Assembly: GCF_000009705.1 (NCBI RefSeq)
Contig: NC_003272.1
Span: 180,001 to 212,000 of the forward strand
Source: Nostoc sp. PCC 7120 = FACHB-418
GTDB taxonomy: Bacteria; Cyanobacteriota; Cyanobacteriia; Cyanobacteriales; Nostocaceae
Reading direction: 5' to 3'
DNA length: 32,000 nt
The position numbers and the translations under genes were made by a program. Each line of letters starts with the position of its first letter. The first letter of the stretch is position 1. Of the stretch, positions 13,396 through 20,897 are shown one piece after another. The notes under the pieces are model-generated. The model was given only the letters and a program-made list of their open reading frames with translations, had not been told where the DNA came from and did no database searches.

Positions 13396-15522
13396 GTGTT
13401 GACTTTTGACCAATTCAACAACGGCGGCGATAAATTCTTCAGCGTTGAGGGGTTTGGGTAGGTGTAGCTGAAATCCGGCTTGGAGGGCTTGTTCTCGATC
13501 ATATTGTCGCGCAAAGGCTGTTAAGGCGATCGCCGGAATTGCTCCCCCCTGTTCTGCTGTCCAAGTTCTCATTTGCCTGATTAATGTATAGCCGTCCATA
13601 TCTGGCATACTGATATCACTCACCAAAACATCTGGTTTAATTTCTGGCAACAGTTGTAATACTTCTAACGCTGAAGTAGCTAAACTGACATCGGCTCCCT
13701 CTTGTTCTAAAATAAAAGCCAGAAAATCCCGTGAATCAGCATCATCATCAACGACTAAAACTTTGATACCCTCAAGAGGTAACGAATTAGTTACTAATGA
13801 TGCCGAACGATGCTGTTGGTATGTCACACTCCCATCTTCTTCTGGGAGGATTGGTAATCGGACAGTAAAACTAGCTCCCTGTTCTTCACCAAGACTTTGT
13901 GCTGTCACCGTACCACCGTGGATTTCCACAATTTTACGGACAATTGCCAGCCCTAACCCTAGACCACCAAATCTTCTGGTAGAACTACTATCTGCTTGAC
14001 GGAAGTAATCAAACACATAAGGTAAAAATTCTGGTTGGATTCCTTTACCTGTATCACTGACTACGATTTGAGCATAGCCTTCCATCTTGTCCAAGGTAAC
14101 TTCTATCTTGCCGCCATTGGGAGTGAATTTAACAGCATTAGAAAGAAGATTCCATACTACTTGCTGCAAGCGAGCGGAATCACCCATCACTTGCCCTATA
14201 TTGGGTGGAAAGTTAGTTAATACCTGAATTAACTTACTTTCTGCTGCTAGACGCATGGTTTCTAGAGCAGCTAATATAACAGTTACTAGATTGACTTTTG
14301 TAATATTAATTACTAGTTTGCCTTGCAATATTCTGGAGATGTCTAACAAATCTTCAATGAGTTGCACTTGTAATGTGGCATTACGTTCAATAGTTGCTAG
14401 GGCTTGGAATGTCCTGGTCGGGTCGAGTTTGCGCTCTTGCAACAATTTAGACCAGCCAAGAATCGCGTTCAAGGGGGTGCGTAACTCATGGGAGAGGACA
14501 GCTAAAAATTCATCTTTAATTCTATTGGCTGTTTCTGCTTCGGCTCTGGCAGTTTGCTCCAATTCCAACAGACGCGCCCGTTCTTCCAGAATTTGTTTTT
14601 GCTCATGAATATCTGTACAAGTTCCAAACCACTTGACCACCCGTCCTTGGTGGTCTTTAAGTGGTAAGCCTCGCCCTAATAGCCAGCGATAGGAACCATC
14701 AGCAGCACGTTTAAAGCGATATTCATTCTCGTACAATGCACCAGTTTCTACAGCTTTTGACCATGTTTCATAACTACGTTCTAAATCTTCTAAATGCAAC
14801 GCTGCCAACCATCCAGAACCCAAAGATTCCTCTAAGTTTAACCCAGTATAATCACACCAATTTTGATTAAAATAATCGCATTCACCATTCGCGTCAGCTG
14901 TCCATACAAGTTGGGGAATTGCTTCAGCTAAATAACGGTAACGTTCTTCACTTTCTCTGAGAATTTCTACGATGTGCTGACGTTCATTAATTTGTTGTTG
15001 TAATTTTTCATTGGCATTAGTGATTTCATTGGTGCGTATAGTAACTAGTTCTTCTAAATGATTTTGATATTTTCTCAGTTCTGCTTCTACCTTTAATCTT
15101 TCACCTATCTCATTTTGCAGGTCTTTGTTTGCTCTTTCTAGTTGAGCAGAACTAGGTAGTAGTAGAGCTTTGGGGACTAAAGGTATTAGTGTTAATGCTG
15201 TAAATACAGATATTATTGCTGTAATAGCTTTTAAAAAACCTGAAACCCAATAAGTAGGATACCAAAGTGTCCAAACTTCCATGATGTGGGTTGTACCACA
15301 AGCCACTATAAATCCACTAAACAACAGAAAAATCCAATAAAAAGGTAAATCCTGCCGTTTCCGAACAAAGTAAAAAAGAGTAGCCGGAATAGAATAGTAA
15401 GCTAGTGCAATGAGTCCATCAGATATTATGTGTAGCCACACTAAATCCGTTTGCCATAAATAGCAATGACCATGTGGAATGAATGGTGTTGAATTAAAAA
15501 AATAAGTCCACAATTCTGACAT
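13375..15522 (-). CDS. Hybrid sensor histidine kinase: ETR1-like ethylene-binding-type TM domain, coiled coil, PAS/PAC, HisKA, HATPase, REC
   Basis: 715-aa ORF with ATG at 15522. H-box SHELRTPLN, N-box NLLSNAVKFTP, G-boxes DTGKGI and GGLGLGLAIV, and receiver VLVSDISMPDMDG are present. For the N-terminal TM module, see findings. Confidence 0.92.
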   Translation of the reverse strand: MSELWTYFFNSTPFIPHGHCYLWQTDLVWLHIISDGLIALAYYSIPATLFYFVRKRQDLPFYWIFLLFSGFIVACGTTHIMEVWTLWYPTYWVSGFLKAITAIISVFTALTLIPLVPKALLLPSSAQLERANKDLQNEIGERLKVEAELRKYQNHLEELVTIRTNEITNANEKLQQQINERQHIVEILRESEERYRYLAEAIPQLVWTADANGECDYFNQNWCDYTGLNLEESLGSGWLAALHLEDLERSYETWSKAVETGALYENEYRFKRAADGSYRWLLGRGLPLKDHQGRVVKWFGTCTDIHEQKQILEERARLLELEQTARAEAETANRIKDEFLAVLSHELRTPLNAILGWSKLLQERKLDPTRTFQALATIERNATLQVQLIEDLLDISRILQGKLVINITKVNLVTVILAALETMRLAAESKLIQVLTNFPPNIGQVMGDSARLQQVVWNLLSNAVKFTPNGGKIEVTLDKMEGYAQIVVSDTGKGIQPEFLPYVFDYFRQADSSSTRRFGGLGLGLAIVRKIVEIHGGTVTAQSLGEEQGASFTVRLPILPEEDGSVTYQQHRSASLVTNSLPLEGIKVLVVDDDADSRDFLAFILEQEGADVSLATSALEVLQLLPEIKPDVLVSDISMPDMDGYTLIRQMRTWTAEQGGAIPAIALTAFARQYDREQALQAGFQLHLPKPLNAEEFIAAVVELVKSQHSIVSFH

Positions 15523-15668
15523 ATTACTTGAAATAGATACCTGGTTTTTCTAATTTACTCAATAGTTAAAAAATCTGGTTTCAAATGTAATTTTTTTAAT
15601 ATAGGAATCCGATTTGATTTCTGTTGGCGTAGCCTGCGCTTACGCATAAAATGCTCAGTATCTGTAGA

Positions 15669-15802
15669 GTGGGCATTGCCTACCAAAACCATGAGCCGGT
15701 GGGCATTGCCCAACGCCACTTGCTCCAAGCCGGGAAACCCTTTCAGCAGTTACTCCACTTGGGGAAACCCCAAGACCGTACTGCTTCACCAACGCAGTGG
15801 CT
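15669..15802. repeat. Small dispersed hairpin repeat (GCCACTTGC...GGGAAACCC...GCAGTGGC family) with an internal duplication or nested insert, plus a 12-bp direct repeat
   Basis: GTGGGCATTGCC occurs at 15669-15680 and 15699-15710. The core aacgccacttgctccaagccgggaaaccc (15712-15740) is separated from ccaacgcagtggct (15789-15802) by extra sequence that repeats ccacttgg and ggggaaaccc. Uninterrupted copies lie at 25490-25534 and, more diverged, at 8505-8555. Confidence 0.8.
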
Positions 15803-16056
15803 CCCCTACGCATATTTCAAAAATAAAGTATGAGTCCTATATATACTCAAAGTAATTTTCTTGGTAACGTATATGGTTATAGGCAAGCTATGGCTTTAAA
15901 TATAGACCAATGTATTTTGATAACAGTAAACTTTTAGCACACCTCAATCCTGAACTAGATTCTAACTCTAGCCAATTTTGCAGGGTAATGTCATAACAAT
16001 AGCAGTTCTTAATTTTAATTAATTGGCGATCGCTCTAAGAATGGCATAAATATTTC

Positions 16057-16117
16057 AGAACTTACGCACAAAGGTTATCTGTTGAGAGAGGGTGCAAGAA
16101 TTTACGGGTATAGGGTT
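16057..16117. repeat. Partial copy of the AGGACTTACGCA-type dispersed repeat
   Basis: agaacttacgcacaaaggttatctgttgagagagggtg... aligns with 17814-17850 (aggacttacgcatccaggttgtctgttaagactgggtg...). Its right part aligns with 6451-6470. Confidence 0.65.
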
Positions 16118-16341
16118 TTACTACTATTATTGAATTGAAAATACATCTTTCGGGGAATGGAACTCACGTTCGTTTTAGCCTGAGCTGAATAGTATTAATT
16201 GATACTGAGCTTTTTCTTTCTCTCCTAGACACTATACAAACCCGTAGCATCCCCAGATAAATCGGAACGGTAATCGCTAATTAGGTAATTTTTATTACCA
16301 ATTATCAATTACCATCGTTTCCTATTCCTTAAATGCTAGGC

Positions 16342-17625
16342 TCATTCTGATTGAATTGGGTTATCTTTAGGATTAACTAATCTCAGTAGCTTTTGCTTAA
16401 TTTGAGCATCGAATACTTCCCATTTCATTCTGGCGTAGGCAGAGTTTTCGTTACCCCCAGACAAGAAACCCATAGGAATTTCAAAGCCGCCAGCCCCTGT
16501 CCTCCCACCACCGAAAAATCTACCTGTACTATCCTGACCAAAGGCTTCTTTGATAAATTCATCGGGGTCTAGGGTCAGTTTAGTCGTTCTCAACGAACCA
16601 ATGACTACTTCTAGCTCATCATCTTCATCGTGAACAATGCCGTAAACTACGGCAGTGTGGACGTTTTCTTCTGTTACCAGAAAATCAGCAGCTTGGGGAA
16701 TAGCATCGCGGTCGTCGTACCGCAAATAACCCACACCAGCAATGGAAAAGTTATTTTGGACAATACGATTTTTGAGCGATCGCTCGATCACATCCATCAC
16801 CCGTTTGGAACGGTTAGCCTGAAGGATGGCATTTAGCAGTTGAACATCATAAAATCGACTGAGATAGGCAGCTGCCATAAAGTCTTCTTCTTGGGCTTGC
16901 ATGAGTCGATTTGTATCCGATCGCAAGCCGTGCATCAAGGCAGTCGCACATTTAACGTGCTGACTAATGCTGCTATCTAAACCTAACAGACCAGCCTGGA
17001 GATACTGGGTAAAAATTGTTGCCGTAGCTCGTACGTAAGGACGAACGTCCACAAAATCAGCTTTCAGTTCTGTCTGTAAGCTGTGGTGATCAATCACTGC
17101 AACTAGAGGGATACCTGCCTGCTGAACAGATGTGAGTAACTGACTGGTTGTCCCTTGGTTATCAATTAAAATAAAACCTTGATAACAGGATAAGTCTTTG
17201 CCCTTGATAGTTTGTGGTGTCCAACGCTGGGCTGGTAAACCCGTAAGTTTCACTAGGGCAATATTTTCTTGGTGGCTTAAAGTCCCGGCATAAATAATTT
17301 CACACTTGATATCATATTGCTGGGCAATTAATTGGTAAGTCCACGCGCAAGAAAGGGCATCGGGGTCTGGGAAGTCTTGCAGTATTATCAACTGACGCTC
17401 ATGTCGGTGTGATAATAGAGTCTTTTGCAATTCTTCTGACTTTTGAAAGGCAAGAGAATTGTTTCGTTGCCCTATATAAATACCTACTCCTTCACCTGTC
17501 GATGCTGGCAAAGATGGTCTAGTTATTGTCACTTCTGCTTCTTTGTCTACTTCAGGTTCTTCTGAATTTGGCTCTTTAGTCAACGAAAAACTCTCAGACG
17601 GCTTAAATGAAGAATTCAATTGCAT
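16342..17625 (-). CDS. DHH/DHHA1 family phosphoesterase (NrnA-like)
   Basis: DHH motifs are present: DFPDPDALS, ILIDNQG, VIDHHS, GLRSDTNRL. The DHHA1-like motif reads GGGRTGAGGF. The start is set at ATG 17625; the track start at 17631 is TTG. The N-terminal ~80 aa are low complexity. Confidence 0.8.
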   Translation of the reverse strand: MQLNSSFKPSESFSLTKEPNSEEPEVDKEAEVTITRPSLPASTGEGVGIYIGQRNNSLAFQKSEELQKTLLSHRHERQLIILQDFPDPDALSCAWTYQLIAQQYDIKCEIIYAGTLSHQENIALVKLTGLPAQRWTPQTIKGKDLSCYQGFILIDNQGTTSQLLTSVQQAGIPLVAVIDHHSLQTELKADFVDVRPYVRATATIFTQYLQAGLLGLDSSISQHVKCATALMHGLRSDTNRLMQAQEEDFMAAAYLSRFYDVQLLNAILQANRSKRVMDVIERSLKNRIVQNNFSIAGVGYLRYDDRDAIPQAADFLVTEENVHTAVVYGIVHDEDDELEVVIGSLRTTKLTLDPDEFIKEAFGQDSTGRFFGGGRTGAGGFEIPMGFLSGGNENSAYARMKWEVFDAQIKQKLLRLVNPKDNPIQSE

Positions 17626-17811
17626 AAACAAAGTTTTTGTAAATGTGAGGCTCCATTTATTTGTTCAGAGATATTGCCATCAGCAATTGACTGATTTGAC
17701 CCCACATTCTGATCTTCGCAAAAATTTAGCAATATGGGGATACATATCTCGGTATATTTTTTGTCAAGTTGGTGAGTCAGCAATCTGATCAATTTCACCA
17801 TAATGCCAATA

Positions 17812-17931
17812 TTAGGACTTACGCATCCAGGTTGTCTGTTAAGACTGGGTGTAAGGGGGTAAGGGTATAGCCCTGTACCCCTACACCCTTCTCCAAACCC
17901 TTGATTTTTCGTTTTCATGCGTAAGTCCTAA
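17812..17931. mobile_element. MITE-like 120-bp palindromic element with perfect 15-bp terminal inverted repeats
   Basis: TTAGGACTTACGCAT (17812-17826) and ATGCGTAAGTCCTAA (17917-17931) are exact reverse complements. An inner imperfect palindrome pairs gggtgtaagggggtaagggtatag with ccctgtacccctacaccc. No coding capacity. Related ends occur at 16057 and 30316-30328. Confidence 0.65.
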
Positions 17932-18476
17932 ATATAAGTAAGGATGTCAACAAAGATGCGAGGTTCTTGGGAAGGCATGATTCAATCTTGCTCAATCTTT
18001 CTTGAAGCAAAGCTATTTGCTATCACAGCTTTTGCAAATTCCAATTTAAAATGGATGTTATGATTTTGTAAAATTTGTGTCTTGTTTATCACTTTCACTG
18101 AGCATATTTTTTACTGAATTGCCAGTGTCTTTTGTCAGTTGCTAGCTGTTTGAGTTTCGGCGAGGTTCAGGCGTTTGGTTAGTCCGTGATTTTGAAACAT
18201 TTTTGTCTCCGGGGACACGCTGCGCGAAAGTCTTTAACTACTGACAAAATTTCTATTCCTTTATGGGTGGATATCCTGAAGTTTCTCTAGTTTAGCTTTA
18301 TAAATGTTTGGTTTTGATACAATATTCCAGTGTATCCTTTACTTGGCAGATATTTGTGCTTTGATGGTCTGTTTATCAATAAACAATTTTAGAATTATTT
18401 ATTTTTTCAAGTGACTATGTAATTTGAAAGTGTAATAACTTATCCAAGTGCTGATAACTAGCAACTTGCGCTAATT

Positions 18477-18505
18477 AAGAAAAATCCCCGGTGGGTAGCC
18501 GGGGG
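18477..18505 (-). terminator. Rho-independent terminator of murJ
   Basis: The minus-strand RNA reads CCCCGG-CUACCCA-CCGGGG followed by AUUUUUCUU. This is a 6-bp all-GC stem (18486-18491 with 18499-18504) about 115 nt downstream of the murJ stop. Confidence 0.75.
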
Positions 18506-18618
18506 TGTTGATAATTAAGTACTCTGGCGTGGATGACATTGAATTTAATGACAATAGCAATTTGCAGAAAATTAAGCTAGCCAAACTGCCGATCGCTCAA
18601 AATCAAGCCGGGGAAAGT

Positions 18619-20283
18619 CTATTTTTTCAAGAAGCGTTGACGCATCCGCACCACAAAACTGTTAACTTCTGGTATTTTCATGAGTGAGGCGATCGCAGCA
18701 AACACTGCAATCCCCACAAAGCCAGATATACACAATTGCAAAATTTGAATTAATAGACCTGCTTTCCCCAACAGTTGCTGAGAAGCAGCTAGGGTGGCAA
18801 AACTAGCAATCCCAGCGATGACACTACCCCCAGCCAGACCAAGGATTGGCAAGCCCCACTCCCGCCAAGGTAAACCATTGAGACGGCGATCAAGTAAAAA
18901 TAACAGCATCAACATGGAGCTGCAATTGACACCCACTGTAGCTAACACCAAACCAGGAGCGCCGAAAGGTTTAACTAAAAACCAATCTAATACAGCGTTG
19001 AGCAGGATGTTAAAAATACTGATGCGAAAAGGTGTCTGTCCATCTCCCAAGGCGTAAAATACCCTCACCAAAACATCCCGCCCCAAATAAGCAAACATCC
19101 CAATACCGTAAGCAACCAGTAGGGATGAAACTAACTGTGTAGCTTCTTGTTTAAATGCGCCGCGTTCATAAACTACCTGCACAATTGGCACAGATAAAGA
19201 TATCAGCAACGCTCCTAAAGGAAGCATTGTCACAGCAGTCAGTAATAATCCCTGACGAATGCGTAATTTGAGGTCTGGCCAGTTTTCAGGTTCCGCTAGT
19301 TTGGCGAAGATGGGTAATAAAGGCAACAATATAATATTAGAAATAATCCCTAATGGTGTTTGTACTAAAAGATTGGCGTAGTTAAAACCAGCCGCCGCAC
19401 CGGGAATTGGGCTAGCAAAATAGAGGTCAGTAGCCACATTAATGGGCATCATCCCTGAAGAAATTGTTGCCGGAGTCATGACTCTAATGACTTCCTGGAC
19501 TCCAGGGGATTTAAAATCAAACCGCAGCCGTAACGTTCCTAGCCCTAGTCGCCACTGCACAATTAGCTGTACTAACCATTGGAGAATTGCCCCGCCCAAG
19601 GTTCCCCAAGCCAACACCATACCGCCAAGAAAAGCGTATTCTGGCTTGATAATGTCTTTGCCTAATTGCAAAGTCATTATACCGATACCAAATACAACTG
19701 CCACACTGGATAATAGGGGGCTAATGGAGAGTAGCCAATATTGATTAGCAGCGTTGAGAGTACCGAAACCGATACCAATTAAACCTGAGAATAAAGCCAT
19801 CGGGGCCATAATCTGGATTTGTTGAATGGCGATCGCTCTAGTGTTAGCTGCCAAACCATGACCGACAATATCCACAATCTCATCTGCCAAGAAAATCTGG
19901 GCTACCGTTACTAACAACAGCACTCCCCCCACTAGGGTAGTTACTGTTTCCACCAGGGGGGCTGCTTCTTCTCGCTTGCGCCTAGCTAAAACACTGACAA
20001 CTGCACTATGTAATGGCCCGTTTACGCCCCCCAGTAATACCAATAAAAAACCAGGGATAATGTAGGCATAGCTGTAGGCAGTTGCCGCCGCACCTACACC
20101 AAAAGCAGCTGCGATCGCCTGTTGCCTTACTAAACCAAATACTTTACTAATTAAAGTGGCTGCGGCAACAATGCCAGCAATCCCAGCGAAAGAACGAGAA
20201 GGTTTTTGTTCTTGATTAGTCACGAATAGTACCCGACAACTCTTACAGAGTGCATACCTGAAAAGATTAACCCGAAATATCAC
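18619..20283 (-). CDS. murJ: Lipid II flippase MurJ (MviN family)
   Basis: A polytopic membrane protein of about 530 aa with the MurJ/MviN N-terminus (ATLISKVFGLVRQQAIAAAFG) and MOP-superfamily topology. The track start is probably too far upstream. A GTG at 20223 (VTNQEQKPSRS) is a plausible start. Confidence 0.88.
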   Translation of the reverse strand: MIFRVNLFRYALCKSCRVLFVTNQEQKPSRSFAGIAGIVAAATLISKVFGLVRQQAIAAAFGVGAAATAYSYAYIIPGFLLVLLGGVNGPLHSAVVSVLARRKREEAAPLVETVTTLVGGVLLLVTVAQIFLADEIVDIVGHGLAANTRAIAIQQIQIMAPMALFSGLIGIGFGTLNAANQYWLLSISPLLSSVAVVFGIGIMTLQLGKDIIKPEYAFLGGMVLAWGTLGGAILQWLVQLIVQWRLGLGTLRLRFDFKSPGVQEVIRVMTPATISSGMMPINVATDLYFASPIPGAAAGFNYANLLVQTPLGIISNIILLPLLPIFAKLAEPENWPDLKLRIRQGLLLTAVTMLPLGALLISLSVPIVQVVYERGAFKQEATQLVSSLLVAYGIGMFAYLGRDVLVRVFYALGDGQTPFRISIFNILLNAVLDWFLVKPFGAPGLVLATVGVNCSSMLMLLFLLDRRLNGLPWREWGLPILGLAGGSVIAGIASFATLAASQQLLGKAGLLIQILQLCISGFVGIAVFAAIASLMKIPEVNSFVVRMRQRFLKK

Positions 20284-20311
20284 ACTCCGTCAGGTAAATT
20301 TTCATAACTAG

Positions 20312-20818
20312 TTATTTACAGCCCAGACTATCACGGGTGGCAATACCCGTAACTCGATTTACCCCGTTTGCTCTTTCACACAGCAAAGAAACTTGATAGC
20401 GATCGATTAGAGCATCTGTAAAATCAGCACCAGTAATGTCAGCATCATAGAAGCGACTACGGGTTAAAGTTGCTTCTGTGAAAATGGCATTTTTTAAGTT
20501 GGCATTGTCTAAAGTCGCTCTATCTACTAAAGCACCTGTTAAATTGGCCTCTGATAAATTAGCTTTTAATAAAACACCTTTGGTGAGAATAGCGTTAGTT
20601 AAATTTGCGCCTTGAAAGTTCGTCCCTCGCATTTCCGCCGCGACAAAATTGACCCCCACTAAATCAGCATTGGCAAAGTCACGGTTTTCCAGATTTGCAT
20701 TGTTGTAGTTAATTGTATTTATTTGAGCAAATGCAGTCTGGGGATTCATAATTACCCAAAACCACGCCAGCATAACAATAATAATTAAACTAAACAATTT
20801 GACTAAAATCTTATTCAT
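20312..20818 (-). CDS. Secreted or lumenal pentapeptide-repeat protein
   Basis: 168 aa with ATG at 20818. An N-terminal signal-like helix ends in AFAQ. It is followed by about 20 consecutive A(D/N)LXX pentapeptides (NLENRDFANADLVGVNFVAAEMRGTNFQGANLTNA...). Confidence 0.85.
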   Translation of the reverse strand: MNKILVKLFSLIIIVMLAWFWVIMNPQTAFAQINTINYNNANLENRDFANADLVGVNFVAAEMRGTNFQGANLTNAILTKGVLLKANLSEANLTGALVDRATLDNANLKNAIFTEATLTRSRFYDADITGADFTDALIDRYQVSLLCERANGVNRVTGIATRDSLGCK

Positions 20819-20844
20819 AAATTTAATTACTTGTGAGTTGTCAT

Positions 20845-20897
20845 TAGTTAGTAGTCAGTGGCAAAACAACTGACTACTGACCACTGACTACTAACTA
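20845..20897. repeat. Perfect 17-bp inverted repeat built from STRR heptamers (ACTGACT type), overlapping the conR stop codon
   Basis: TAGTTAGTAGTCAGTGG (20845-20861) and CCACTGACTACTAACTA (20881-20897) are exact reverse complements separated by a 19-nt loop. The conR stop codon (TAG, complement of 20895-20897) lies inside the right arm. Confidence 0.85.

Noticed and set aside
12046-14608. Several 61-117-aa ORFs antisense to or out of frame within the MlaD-like and histidine kinase genes
   Set aside because: They are embedded in strongly supported CDSs and no motifs are recognisable.
15651-15833. 60-aa plus-strand ORF upstream of the kinase gene
   Set aside because: It lies wholly within the small dispersed repeat copy and is an artefact of the repeat sequence.
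17616-17918. 100-aa minus-strand ORF upstream of the DHH gene
   Set aside because: It reads straight through the MITE-like palindromic element and overlaps the DHH start. The Gly/Pro/Cys-rich repeat-derived translation has no start context.
18130-18249. 10-bp long-range inverted repeat TTTTGTCAGT ... ACTGACAAAA enclosing the candidate 21-codon ORF
   Set aside because: With arms 100 nt apart in about 1 kb of AT-rich DNA, a 10-bp match is roughly what chance predicts (on the order of 0.5 or more expected). It is not evidence for structure on its own.
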